From IMG/VR virus record IMGVR_UViG_3300045741_000389, positions 4,802-68,801 of that record: a stretch of 64,000 bases of DNA; one strand, written 5' to 3'. This document shows positions 8,983 to 17,793 of this stretch, piece after piece. The position numbers were made by a program, and so were the translations under genes. The notes beneath the pieces are model-generated. The model was not told the DNA's origin. It saw only the letters and a program-made list of their open reading frames with translations, and made no database searches. This stretch comes from a virus. The stretch's first letter is position 1. Every line of letters begins with the position of its first letter.

Positions 8983-9800
8983 AGTGCCTCCACGAACTTC
9001 TGCGCGTAGAGCGCAGCCAGGAGTGTGCCGTTCTTCGCCCCGCCGGTGGCAACCCACGTGCTGGGCGACACCTGAGCGAAATAGCCTTTCTTGTGGCCTT
9101 CCACGTAAGGCCGCGCGCCCACCTGCACGCGCACCGGGCCACCGTTCAGCCCGAACAGCCGCCGGCCACGCTCGACGGTCTCCTGCTCGCGGCGGGCGTG
9201 TTCGCGCTCCCAGGTTTTGGTGACCAGCGCTGTACCGTCGCCCATCCACACGATGCTGGGGCGAATCTGGAAGGCCACCGCTTGCCGGTACGGGGCGTAC
9301 ACGTGGAGTCGTGGGTGTTCGAGCTTGTCTTTCTGAAACAGTACGGAGGCGCCCCAGAGCGCGCGAATGGGCGGCATCTTGATCAGGTTCATCGATTCGA
9401 TGCCAGCCGCCACCAGCACCTTGCCGCGCAGGGTCATGTTGGAGCCCTTGGAGTCAACATGCACCTCTCCATCGTCCACACTGGTAACGACTCCCGCGAC
9501 GTCCGTGGCGACAATAACGTCCCGGGGGTCGACCCGGTGGGCGTTGAACGTCAGACCCAGGTGCGTCTTGAACGCCAGTGGGTGGACCTTGAACAACGAG
9601 TTGAGCACCTTGCCGGCCGTTGCGATCTCTTCCGAGTCGAGCGAGGTCACCCAGCTCGGGGCCATCACGCAGCCGGAAGCCTTGCTGGCCGCCCACGGCC
9701 GCGCCGCGTCGACGACCGTCACCTTGTGGCCGGCACGGTGCGCAAGCTGCGCCGCGATGGAGCCGAACAAGCCGGCTCCGACGATAATCACCTTGGCCAT
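8979..9800 (-). CDS. FAD-dependent oxidoreductase (glycine oxidase/DAO-like)
   Basis: VIIVGAGLFG Rossmann motif, AS.ASG, VLVAAG, GARPY, ATGGAKNG. Confidence 0.88.
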   Translation of the reverse strand: MAKVIIVGAGLFGSIAAQLAHRAGHKVTVVDAARPWAASKASGCVMAPSWVTSLDSEEIATAGKVLNSLFKVHPLAFKTHLGLTFNAHRVDPRDVIVATDVAGVVTSVDDGEVHVDSKGSNMTLRGKVLVAAGIESMNLIKMPPIRALWGASVLFQKDKLEHPRLHVYAPYRQAVAFQIRPSIVWMGDGTALVTKTWEREHARREQETVERGRRLFGLNGGPVRVQVGARPYVEGHKKGYFAQVSPSTWVATGGAKNGTLLAALYAQKFVEAL

Positions 9801-10678
9801 CAGGCCTCCTTGTTGACAACTCGCGGCGGCAGCGCCGCCTTCAGCTCCTGCGCGGTGTCGCCCCAGCCCTCCAGCCCGTGGCCGACTTCGTCGATGTCCT
9901 TACCCACGTGGTAGTGGCCCTTGTAGTAGGACTTGTACTTGCAGAGGATCGTCTCGATCTCCTGCACGTTCACGAGGCGGTTCTTGTCGGGCGGGGCCTT
10001 CGCCTTTTTGCCGCGCCAGAGGGCGACCAGCTCGGCGACGACCTTCTTCAGCTCGCCGTCCGTGACGGGGTAGGTCCACGGCTTCTGCCCGTTGGCCGCC
10101 GGCTGCGCAGGGGCCAGCTCGGTCGCCCACGCCAGCGCCGCACCCTGCCGGGGATCCTTGTAGATGCCCAGCTCGCAGTTGCTGAAGTCCACCGGGTGAC
10201 CGAGCACACGTTCTCCCATGTCGGCGATCTTGAACGCGATCCACTCGCCGAAGCCCCTGTGCTCGCGAGCACGGGCGGAGACGCCACCGAAAGTGGGCTG
10301 CGCGCCGTCGTGTGGCTTGTACAGGTAGTCAACGAAGCTGGCCGCACCCTTGGGGTAGCGCTGCGTCAGCTCCAGCACCGCGCTCGTGGCCTGGGCGCCT
10401 CGGAAGTGCCGGCGCTCCGCCGCGCGGGGCCAGCGCTCGCCGAGCTTGATGCGCGGGGACTCCTCGTTGAGGGCCGCTTGCATCATACGCTCCCAGAACG
10501 CCTTCGGCGTCTTGGCTTCGGAGATGTAGGCCGCTGCCCCCAGGCTGTAGAAGCACCAGTAGGCGGTGAGAAGTTGGGCCAGCTGCGACCCGATGATGCG
10601 CGACTTGTAGATCGCTACGTACACAGGATCCAGGTCCTGTGTACGTAGGAGGGCGTCGCCAAACTCGACGAGTTTCAT
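9800..10678 (-). CDS. Amino acid:DNA transferase (aGPT-Pplase2/AADT family)
   Basis: DLDPVY, AYWCFY, ERRHFRG, GFGEWIAFKIADMGERV, QEIETILCKYKS..GHY.VGKDI. Confidence 0.85.
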   Translation of the reverse strand: MKLVEFGDALLRTQDLDPVYVAIYKSRIIGSQLAQLLTAYWCFYSLGAAAYISEAKTPKAFWERMMQAALNEESPRIKLGERWPRAAERRHFRGAQATSAVLELTQRYPKGAASFVDYLYKPHDGAQPTFGGVSARAREHRGFGEWIAFKIADMGERVLGHPVDFSNCELGIYKDPRQGAALAWATELAPAQPAANGQKPWTYPVTDGELKKVVAELVALWRGKKAKAPPDKNRLVNVQEIETILCKYKSYYKGHYHVGKDIDEVGHGLEGWGDTAQELKAALPPRVVNKEA

Positions 10679-10721
10679 GCGAAACTCCAGTTGAGGGTTA
10701 CAGACCCGGCGCCGCCGGTGC

Positions 10722-11408
10722 TCAGGCTTGGGCGAAGATGCCCTTGCCGGTGCAGTAGTAGAAGTAGCGCAGCGACTTGGCCTCGTCGACCTCGTCGGAG
10801 ATCATCTTCTTCACGATCTTGTCGCGGGTGAACGTGCCCATCTTCTGCGCGGCGGCGACGTAGTCGGCCAGGAAGCCGCGCTTGACGCTGGCGGTGTCGC
10901 CCACCTTGTAGGTGGAGTCGTCGTCGCGCGGACGGCCGCGCTTGGGGGCTTCGGCTTCCTTCTTGCTGGCCTTCTTGGCCGGCGCCGGGGCGGCCTTGGC
11001 GCTCTTCTTGGCGGCGGGCGGGGTCTTCTTGGCCGGGTTGGCCTTGGCAGCCTTCTTGGCCGGCGCCGAGCTGGCGCCTTCTTCTTGCGTGCTCATGTCG
11101 TCTTCTTCCTTCATGGGTTGCTGGATCGAGCTTAGTTTGCTCTCCTCCGTCCGGAGGATCCGCTCCAGGTGCTCGCGAGCCTGGGGCTGTACGCTCTGCA
11201 GCTCGGCGCGGAAAAGGAATTTCTCCGCAGCGCGCTTCAGGGGGTAGTTGGGAATGGGAGTATACGTCGACTCGAATTCCCGGTTGTGCATTTTCTGAAT
11301 GCTGAGATCGCCGGCCAACATCGGTATGAGTTTCGTCCACGTATGGCCGCGAGCGACACGAATCGCAGTGTGGCGGTTGTAGTCTTGAAACACCCCGTAG
11401 TCCGACAT
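10722..11408 (-). CDS. Histone H1-like Lys/Ala-rich DNA-binding protein with AT-hook
   Basis: PAKKAAK-type repeats and a KRGRPR AT-hook; has its own promoter and GAAGGAG RBS. Confidence 0.7.
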   Translation of the reverse strand: MSDYGVFQDYNRHTAIRVARGHTWTKLIPMLAGDLSIQKMHNREFESTYTPIPNYPLKRAAEKFLFRAELQSVQPQAREHLERILRTEESKLSSIQQPMKEEDDMSTQEEGASSAPAKKAAKANPAKKTPPAAKKSAKAAPAPAKKASKKEAEAPKRGRPRDDDSTYKVGDTASVKRGFLADYVAAAQKMGTFTRDKIVKKMISDEVDEAKSLRYFYYCTGKGIFAQA

Positions 11409-11432
11409 TCGAAGCTCCTTCAGGCTGACTCA

Positions 11433-11462
11433 AGTATACATGCGTATTATGTTTCAACGCAA
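11433..11462 (-). promoter_or_regulatory. Sigma70-like promoter driving the DNA modification operon
   Basis: TTGCGT-N18-TATACT on the - strand, upstream of the RBS and ATG at 11408. Confidence 0.7.
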
Positions 11463-12995
11463 CTTAAATGCCTGAAGCAGAGAGCGTTGCTGACGGTCCT
11501 TCCGAAACTTGTCGTAGTAGACCGACTCGTCGACGGTATCTCGAGCTATGAGGTGGTAGACGAACACACGCTTCGCCTTGGAGCCCTGGCGCCGCAGCCG
11601 CCGGTTGAACTGATCGTAAAGCTCGAAATCCCAGGTGTTGCTGTACCAGAGGATGTGGTTGGCGGAGGACTCCTGCAGGTTCAGCCCGTGGCCGACGGAC
11701 TGAGGGTGTGCAATTAGGATGTTTAGCTCGCCCGCGTTCCACTGCTTCTCCAGCTCCAGTGCGCGCTTGTCCGAGGTGCCTCGGCTGATGTTGGGGGTGT
11801 CTTTGCCGAAGCGCTTCAGCATGCGCTCCAGCTCGTGGTGGAACTCGTAGGCAACGAAAAGCTGGTGGCCCTGCAGCTCCTCGATGAGATCTTCCATCAT
11901 CTCCAGCTTCTCATCGTGCAGCTCCGTGTACTTGCGCGGGCCACTGCGCGGCATGCCGGTCTCGGGGTCGATGAGGTCGTGGTACATGGCGCCGGAGGTA
12001 ATCTGGCGGCACTTCTGCGAAACCGTGCTGGCCTTGCGCGCCGTGAACACCTCGCCGCTCTTCAGCGACAGCATCATCTGCTCCTGCATCTCCTCGTACA
12101 TGGCCCAGGTGTCCTCCGACATCTCGAACCGCAGAGGGATGGGCATCAGCTCGGGCAGCTTGAGGTAGTCGTCGCCGTCCAGCCGCAGCGCGGTGGAACG
12201 CAGCCGGTAGAAGATCTGCTGCTCCGCCTCGGGCTTCGGCACCAGCGGAGGGAAGTCGTCCTTGTCGTGCCTCGGAATAGCGTCGAAGAACGCTCGGCGG
12301 TAGTGGGTGATATACTGCCCCAACGAGCGCCCCAGGTCCAGCGCGTAGACCTGCCCAAACAGCCCGAGCAGGTTGTTGGCGGCGGGGGAGCCTGTAAGAC
12401 CCCAGCGGCGAGCGAAGCGGCCGAGGTACTTCTTAAGCCGCTTGTGGCGCCCGGTCTGCGAGTTGCGCATCTTCGACAGCTCGTCGAATATCAGGATGTC
12501 CGCGCGCGAGAAGATGCGTGCGATGCGCGGCAGCCACTTGGCCTCACGCGCCTTGTACTCCGCACGCTTCTTGGCGCGCTCCTCCTTGTTGCGAATGCGC
12601 ACCAGGTTGGGCTCGGGCTCGCCGAACAGCCACTCGAGGCCGTCGTAGGTGACCACGTAGATGTCGTGGTCCTCCTGAAGCACCTTGTCCTTGTGCGGCC
12701 CGTGCAGCAGGCCCACGCTCAGCCCGGCGAAGTCAGCCCATTTCTTCTGCTCGGCGGGCCAGACGCTTATCGCGGGCCGCCGAGGTGCTACGACGAGCGC
12801 GCCTTTGGCGAGCTTCTTCGACAGCAGAATCTTCACGGCCGCGTAGGAGATACTCGTCTTCCCCATGCCCGGGTCTAGGAACAGCGCGGCGGCGTCTCGG
12901 CTCACCAGCCACTTTACCGCGCGCTTCATGTAGTCGTGCGGCGTCCAGGGCTTTGTGGAAGAGTCTTTTGAAGTCTTCGCTGCTCGCGATGGCAT
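11454..12995 (-). CDS. SNF2-family helicase
   Basis: LFLDPGMGKT, IFDELS, LTGSP, GHGLNLQ, QFNRRLRRQG. Confidence 0.92.
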   Translation of the reverse strand: MPSRAAKTSKDSSTKPWTPHDYMKRAVKWLVSRDAAALFLDPGMGKTSISYAAVKILLSKKLAKGALVVAPRRPAISVWPAEQKKWADFAGLSVGLLHGPHKDKVLQEDHDIYVVTYDGLEWLFGEPEPNLVRIRNKEERAKKRAEYKAREAKWLPRIARIFSRADILIFDELSKMRNSQTGRHKRLKKYLGRFARRWGLTGSPAANNLLGLFGQVYALDLGRSLGQYITHYRRAFFDAIPRHDKDDFPPLVPKPEAEQQIFYRLRSTALRLDGDDYLKLPELMPIPLRFEMSEDTWAMYEEMQEQMMLSLKSGEVFTARKASTVSQKCRQITSGAMYHDLIDPETGMPRSGPRKYTELHDEKLEMMEDLIEELQGHQLFVAYEFHHELERMLKRFGKDTPNISRGTSDKRALELEKQWNAGELNILIAHPQSVGHGLNLQESSANHILWYSNTWDFELYDQFNRRLRRQGSKAKRVFVYHLIARDTVDESVYYDKFRKDRQQRSLLQAFKLR

Positions 12996-13218
12996 AAACG
13001 GGGTGTCCTTTGCGGGCCAGCCGCCCAGCGACCAAGGGCTGCTGCGGTTCGAACTTAGAGCTGCCGGTGGGCGCCTTGAACTCTACCAGGAGCAGCGCGC
13101 TGGCCGGCAGGAAGAACGCTCGGTCGGGCCAGCCGGTCTCGTACAGGTGGACGGACTCGATGCCGTGCTTCTTGGCGTACCGAGCGCAGCGACTCTCGAA
13201 GTCAGCTTCACTTCCCAC
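12733..13218 (-). CDS. VRR-NUC nuclease
   Basis: SEADFE..GWPDR..LVEFKAP..Q motif set. The reading frame runs on inside the helicase gene; start is inferred. Confidence 0.72.
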   Translation of the reverse strand: MGSEADFESRCARYAKKHGIESVHLYETGWPDRAFFLPASALLLVEFKAPTGSSKFEPQQPLVAGRLARKGHPVYAIASSEDFKRLFHKALDAARLHEARGKVAGEPRRRRAVPRPGHGEDEYLLRGREDSAVEEARQRRARRSTSAARDKRLARRAEEMG

Positions 13219-13483
13219 TTGACATGGTTGCCAGACAGCGCCGCGCCACGGCTGGCGACTCTCTCCACTGAATCTCTTTCGCTCCTGCCTGTACAGCCAG
13301 CGCACGCTTCGACAACGCGATGTCGTAGTGCGGCCAGCGCGTCACTGGGGGGCCTTGGTACCAACGCCGCGCCACGCCGATCTTGTCGGCCATCGCATGC
13401 AGTTCCTCCAGGGTGTCGGCCACCATATGGCACATCACCATCCGGCCGTAGCCCGCGCGCATGTCGTCCACATAGACAGCCAT
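13208..13483 (-). CDS. DUF4031-family protein
   Basis: MAVYVDD..MCHMVADTLEELHAMADKIG..RRWYQ..HYDI..KRALAV. Confidence 0.82.
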   Translation of the reverse strand: MAVYVDDMRAGYGRMVMCHMVADTLEELHAMADKIGVARRWYQGPPVTRWPHYDIALSKRALAVQAGAKEIQWRESPAVARRCLATMSSGK

Positions 13484-13851
13484 CACGCCCTCAGCATCAC
13501 CGGCTGCGCCGCTTCGTGCTTGATCACTCGGAATCCCAGCTTCAGGTAGAAGTTGACCAGCTGCTCCGCATCCATCTTGTTCTTGCTGCGGCCGTAGGGG
13601 TTGACGTACAAGAAGACCGGCCACTTCTTCTCGTCCGCATAGTTCAGTGCAATCTGGCACACGCGCCGACTGAACCCCTGCCCGCGCAGCGCGGGGGTGG
13701 TGTAGACGTCCACGAGCCGCACGCCGTGCTCGTTGTACCATCCTGGCACGGCGGACAGGATTGCCTGAGCCCAGGCGCGGCCCACTCCGAGCCGCACGTA
13801 CATCAGTGTGTGGCCTGGAGTGTTGAGCTCAAGCAGAGTCGGAACGCGCAT
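13483..13851 (-). CDS. GNAT acetyltransferase
   Basis: VYTTPALRGQGFSR and LVNFYLKLGF motifs. Confidence 0.82.
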   Translation of the reverse strand: MRVPTLLELNTPGHTLMYVRLGVGRAWAQAILSAVPGWYNEHGVRLVDVYTTPALRGQGFSRRVCQIALNYADEKKWPVFLYVNPYGRSKNKMDAEQLVNFYLKLGFRVIKHEAAQPVMLRA

Positions 13852-13857
13852 GGAGGG

Positions 13858-14394
13858 TTACCAGCGTCCAGTGGGGTCCAGCTCGTTGAGGTACTGCACC
13901 GCGTTGAGCGCCTGAGCTTTGGCGTCGTAGAGCGCGTGGTGCGGCACCTCAGGCTTGTGCATCGGTCGGCACGACAGCGGCAGGTTCTTGAGCGTACGGA
14001 AGCACCGGTTGTTGTACTTGCCCCAGGGCGCGTTGAGCGCCGCCGCGTCGTAGACGGCACGCAAGATCGGGTTGTCGAAGTCCGACCCGTTGCCCCACAT
14101 CAGCAGCTTGCCGGGCGAGGCCACCCCCGCGCAGAACGCAGTGAACAGCTGCAACCCCTCGCGCAGCGGCGTCTGCTCCTCGTCGAACACGCGGCGCGCG
14201 GCCGGGGATTGCTTGGCCCACCATGCCACCGTGTCGGGGTCCTCCACCAGCCCGGTTGCCACTTGATCCTCGTGGCTCAGCACGGTGTAGAACTCCGCGC
14301 CGACGCCGGTCGGACCGAAGGCGACGGCGCCGATGGAAAGGACGACGCACCCGGGCTTGGTGCCCAGGGTCTCGAGGTCGAGCATGACGTTCAC
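13858..14394 (-). CDS. DEDDh 3'-5' exonuclease (Rv2179c/exonuclease VIII-like)
   Basis: VMLDLETLG, WGNGSDFD, HHALYDA. Confidence 0.85.
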   Translation of the reverse strand: MNVMLDLETLGTKPGCVVLSIGAVAFGPTGVGAEFYTVLSHEDQVATGLVEDPDTVAWWAKQSPAARRVFDEEQTPLREGLQLFTAFCAGVASPGKLLMWGNGSDFDNPILRAVYDAAALNAPWGKYNNRCFRTLKNLPLSCRPMHKPEVPHHALYDAKAQALNAVQYLNELDPTGRW

Positions 14395-14552
14395 GGACCC
14401 TCCCGCGAAACGCTCATGAGGATCGCGATCAACGCGCCGAGGTTCAGCCCCAGGAGCTCGTAGGTGCCGGGAATCGCGGCGGTGTGGTCGAGCAGTCCGA
14501 AGAAAAACATGATGTTGATCGACAAGGTGACCAGTGCGGTGAAGGTCCTCAT
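14391..14552 (-). CDS. Small two-helix membrane protein
   Basis: MRTFTALVTLSINIMFFFGLL..LLGLNLGALIAILMSV; stop/start overlaps on both sides. Confidence 0.6.
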   Translation of the reverse strand: MRTFTALVTLSINIMFFFGLLDHTAAIPGTYELLGLNLGALIAILMSVSREGP

Positions 14553-15091
14553 TGCAGCTGCTCCTTCGGCACTTCCTCGACGGGCTGGACCGGCGGGGGC
14601 TGGTAGAGCTGCCAGTCGGAGGCGAGCAGGTCGGTCTGACTCACGAGCCAGGGAACCAGCGCCTGGTCGGCGGTCTTCATGACCAGCCACGGGTGCAACT
14701 GCAGGCCGTCTTCGCCCGACACGTCGAGCTGGGCCGACCAGTGGGTGACCACCGTGACCCACATGCCCTTGCCGTTCCACCCTGCGCGCTGCACGCGGCG
14801 GCCGGCAGCGATCAACAGCAGCGCGGTGGCGAAGCCGAAGCTGCGGTACTCGCGCGCCAGCATCATCACCGGCAGCCCCAGATGCGCGCGCCAGTGCATC
14901 TGCTGGTTCTGCGTCAGCCCCGGGCTGGCGTCGGCGTACAGCTGCTCCATCTGGCTCTGCAGCTGGTTGATGGCACCGGTGTAGTTCGAATGCACCCGCT
15001 GCAACAGCAGGTGCTCAGCCTCCAGCGCCGCGTGCTTCTCCTTCAGCTCGTCGTGCTGGATGACCAGCTCGTGGATGTCGATGTCGCTCAT
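14549..15091 (-). CDS. DUF2829 / Tad2-like protein with N-terminal coiled coil
   Basis: FATALLLIAAGRRVQRAGWNGKGMWV..PWLVMKTAD..VPWLVSQTDLLASDW; start at MSDIDIHE. Confidence 0.8.
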   Translation of the reverse strand: MSDIDIHELVIQHDELKEKHAALEAEHLLLQRVHSNYTGAINQLQSQMEQLYADASPGLTQNQQMHWRAHLGLPVMMLAREYRSFGFATALLLIAAGRRVQRAGWNGKGMWVTVVTHWSAQLDVSGEDGLQLHPWLVMKTADQALVPWLVSQTDLLASDWQLYQPPPVQPVEEVPKEQLQ

Positions 15092-15102
15092 GAATAACTC
15101 CG

Positions 15103-15807
15103 TCAGAATTTGCAAGGGCCGTCTTTGCTCTTGCTGTAGTGGCACCACCGGCACGCGTCGCCGGGGGTGGGCTTGAACGTGGTGTCCTGGAACATCGGCT
15201 TCACCCGGGCTTCCCACTTCTTCTTGAGCGCGGGAACGTCCTTGCGAAAGAACTCGATCTCGCGCTCCTCTGGGTTCGGGTAGATGACGCCCTCGTCGAT
15301 GTACCACAGGCGCGGGCTGGCCGCCTGCACGGAAGGCATCTGCAGCAGCGCCGACACTCCGTACAGCTCGAGCTGAAGCTCGTACTCGGCGTTCTTCTCG
15401 GCGCGCATCTTGCCGGTCTTGTAGTCGATCGGCACTACGACGCTGTGCTCTTCGTGCACATAGGCAACGTCGAGCTTGACGCGGAGCCAGCAGTGGTCCC
15501 AGTTGTTCCAGGTGGTGAGATCCCACTTGTTGGTGAAGGCCCAGTTCTCCTCCACCACCTTGACCTTCTGCTTCTTGAGCGCGGCGAACTCAGCCTTGAA
15601 CGCGCCCAGCTCCTTGGCCAGCTTCGCCGTCTTGCCGGACACGTAGTCCTCGGCCAGCTTGTGAATCGCCGTGCCACGATCCATGGCGGCGTTCTTGGGC
15701 TCGGGCGTCTTCAGGATGTGCTTGAACCGAAAGTACGCCGGGCACTTGCGGTAGTCGCTCCAGCGGCTGAAGGACCAGCTGGTAAGCACAGGTTTGGCTA
15801 TTGGCAT
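15103..15807 (-). CDS. PD-(D/E)XK Cas4/RecB-like exonuclease
   Basis: WSFSR..KCP, RGTAIH, KLDV..IDYKTGK, QLELY, CRWC..C. Confidence 0.85.
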   Translation of the reverse strand: MPIAKPVLTSWSFSRWSDYRKCPAYFRFKHILKTPEPKNAAMDRGTAIHKLAEDYVSGKTAKLAKELGAFKAEFAALKKQKVKVVEENWAFTNKWDLTTWNNWDHCWLRVKLDVAYVHEEHSVVVPIDYKTGKMRAEKNAEYELQLELYGVSALLQMPSVQAASPRLWYIDEGVIYPNPEEREIEFFRKDVPALKKKWEARVKPMFQDTTFKPTPGDACRWCHYSKSKDGPCKF

Positions 15808-17793
15808 CTAGCGGATTCCCCATCGTGAGAGGTCCGGCTTCGGCTCTTTGAGCTCAACCAGATCCCCAAGCGTCGGACCTATTTCGCCGTCCGATATTAG
15901 CGGAACGTCCAGCTCAATCGACATCATCGCCTCGCGCAGTATCAGCATCTCACGCTTCAGGGCTGCCGCCGGTGCGCTGATGTCGTTCTCGTCGTAGACG
16001 GTCAGCAGCAGCCGACCCTCTTTCCGGACGTCGTAGTAGCGGATGATAGACTCTTTCGTCACATCAGCGGCAGATCCCTGGATGAGGTAGTTCAGCAGCT
16101 TGTACTCGAAGCGGCGGAGGATGTCGTCGATGACCCTCGGCGGCTCCACGTAGTACTCGCGCCCACCCCAGGTCCGAATGGGGAGACCTCGGTTGGAGCG
16201 CTTCTTGATGCTGTCGCTCAGCCGCTTCATGCCGGGCACGGCCGACATCTGCGCGTCGCGAATGGCGCGGACTTCCTCGACAGTCTTGTTCAGCTTCTCT
16301 GCTAGGGAGCCTATGCCCTGGCCGTAGATGTAGCCGAAGTTGAGCGTCTTGGTAACAGAGCGCCCCACATCCAACCCGATAGACTGCTCGATAGAGGCGC
16401 GCACGAACTCGTGAACGTCGAGGCGTGGGTCGGCGATGTAAGCCTGCAGCAGCGCGCCTTCAATGCCGTCCACTCCGTCTTCGAAGTGCGCCAGCAGCCG
16501 CAACTCCTGCTGGTTGTAGTCGCGGCGCCCCACCTTGTGCTTCTTCTCGTCCGGCAGGATGTAGCGCCGCACTGCCGGTAGCGGCACTACGCCCGGGATG
16601 TGCTTGGGGTAGGCGTACTCGCTCACCCCGCCCTCCTTGAACGGCTTGGCCATGTTCAGGAAGTTGGGATCCTGGCTGCTCGGGCGGCCAGTGCGAGTGC
16701 CGCCGGTGTCGCCTTCCCCCTTCGTCTGCCGCACCTGATTCCAGGTGGTGTGCATGCGGCCGCTGGCGCCGTGGTGCTGCCAGGGGCGAATGAAGGTCTC
16801 TAGGGTCGTCGCGCACCGCTGCCGATAGCTGTAAGCGGCGGCCACCTTGCTGTCGTTGAAGTGGTCGAGCTTCAGGTTCTTCTTGCTGACACTGAGCCTG
16901 CCGGTCTTGGTGCGGTGCCACTCGCTAACAGCGCCGGCCTTGTCCAGCGCCTTGGCCACTTCGGCATCCTTGTCGAAGTCCAGACCCGGCGCCTTGAGTG
17001 CTTTGCGCAACCAGGCGTCCGCCTTGCTCTGCGCATCTTCGAAAATCTTCTGGTCTCGCTCGAGCCCAGGCAGGTCCACGCGGATGCCGATACGCTCGTT
17101 CTCGAGGAAGATGGGCATCACCTTGCGCTCGCGGTCGTACGCTTCACGCATGCCACGCGTGACCGTCACCTCTTCGAACAGCATGCGGAACAGCTTTAGC
17201 GTGCGCGCCACGTCCCCGTTGCCGTAGGGCTCGACGATCTTGCCTGGTACGTAGCTGATGAACGCACCGGCGTCCTTCTCCGTGATCTTGGGCTTCTGCG
17301 TGCCAGGCTTCAGCTCGCGCAGGATCTCGAGCACTTCGGGAAACTCAGCGATCAGCTGATCCTGGTGTGAGATCACCCAGTCGTCCACCACATCGCGCTC
17401 GGCGCGTGGCATGTTGAGCAGACGCTCCGCCGCCGGCTTCAGCCCCAGCTGGCGCTGGTGGGGGTCGTGGAGGAAGAGCAGGTACATGACATCGTGCCGA
17501 CGATGCCACGGCGGGAGAGGCAGCCCGAAGTGCGTCTCCGCTACATCCAGGTCGAACTTCTCGTTGAACACCACCAGCGGCGTCTCGTCGGAGATCTCCG
17601 CCCAGGCAGCCTTCAGCACGTTGCGCGCTGTCAGCAGATTGCAGTTGTTGCCGCCGGTCTTGTGCCCCCACGCGTAGAACTTGGGGGTGCGCTCGCGAGG
17701 GAGCTGGAGCGAGAAGCTGACGGGCTTAGGTGGGTAGTGCGCCGGGCGAGAACGGATGGGCTCCGTCTCGAAGTCGAGGACGATTGGCTTCAC
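15808..17793 (-). CDS. Family A DNA polymerase
   Basis: Exo I DFET, TRTGRPSS.DPNFLN, motif A DYNQQELRLLAH, motif B KTLNFGYIYG, LIQGSAAD, motif C VYDE; GTGA-coupled start. Confidence 0.95.
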   Translation of the reverse strand: MKPIVLDFETEPIRSRPAHYPPKPVSFSLQLPRERTPKFYAWGHKTGGNNCNLLTARNVLKAAWAEISDETPLVVFNEKFDLDVAETHFGLPLPPWHRRHDVMYLLFLHDPHQRQLGLKPAAERLLNMPRAERDVVDDWVISHQDQLIAEFPEVLEILRELKPGTQKPKITEKDAGAFISYVPGKIVEPYGNGDVARTLKLFRMLFEEVTVTRGMREAYDRERKVMPIFLENERIGIRVDLPGLERDQKIFEDAQSKADAWLRKALKAPGLDFDKDAEVAKALDKAGAVSEWHRTKTGRLSVSKKNLKLDHFNDSKVAAAYSYRQRCATTLETFIRPWQHHGASGRMHTTWNQVRQTKGEGDTGGTRTGRPSSQDPNFLNMAKPFKEGGVSEYAYPKHIPGVVPLPAVRRYILPDEKKHKVGRRDYNQQELRLLAHFEDGVDGIEGALLQAYIADPRLDVHEFVRASIEQSIGLDVGRSVTKTLNFGYIYGQGIGSLAEKLNKTVEEVRAIRDAQMSAVPGMKRLSDSIKKRSNRGLPIRTWGGREYYVEPPRVIDDILRRFEYKLLNYLIQGSAADVTKESIIRYYDVRKEGRLLLTVYDENDISAPAAALKREMLILREAMMSIELDVPLISDGEIGPTLGDLVELKEPKPDLSRWGIR

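Noticed and set aside
12955-14463. Long opposite-strand ORFs (also 52236-53948, 54205-55770, 56591-58321)
   Set aside because: These are antisense shadows of well-supported genes, expected in GC-rich DNA.
15103-15807. Cas4 as part of a CRISPR-Cas system
   Set aside because: There are no other cas genes or array; a solo Cas4-like exonuclease is common in phage replication modules.
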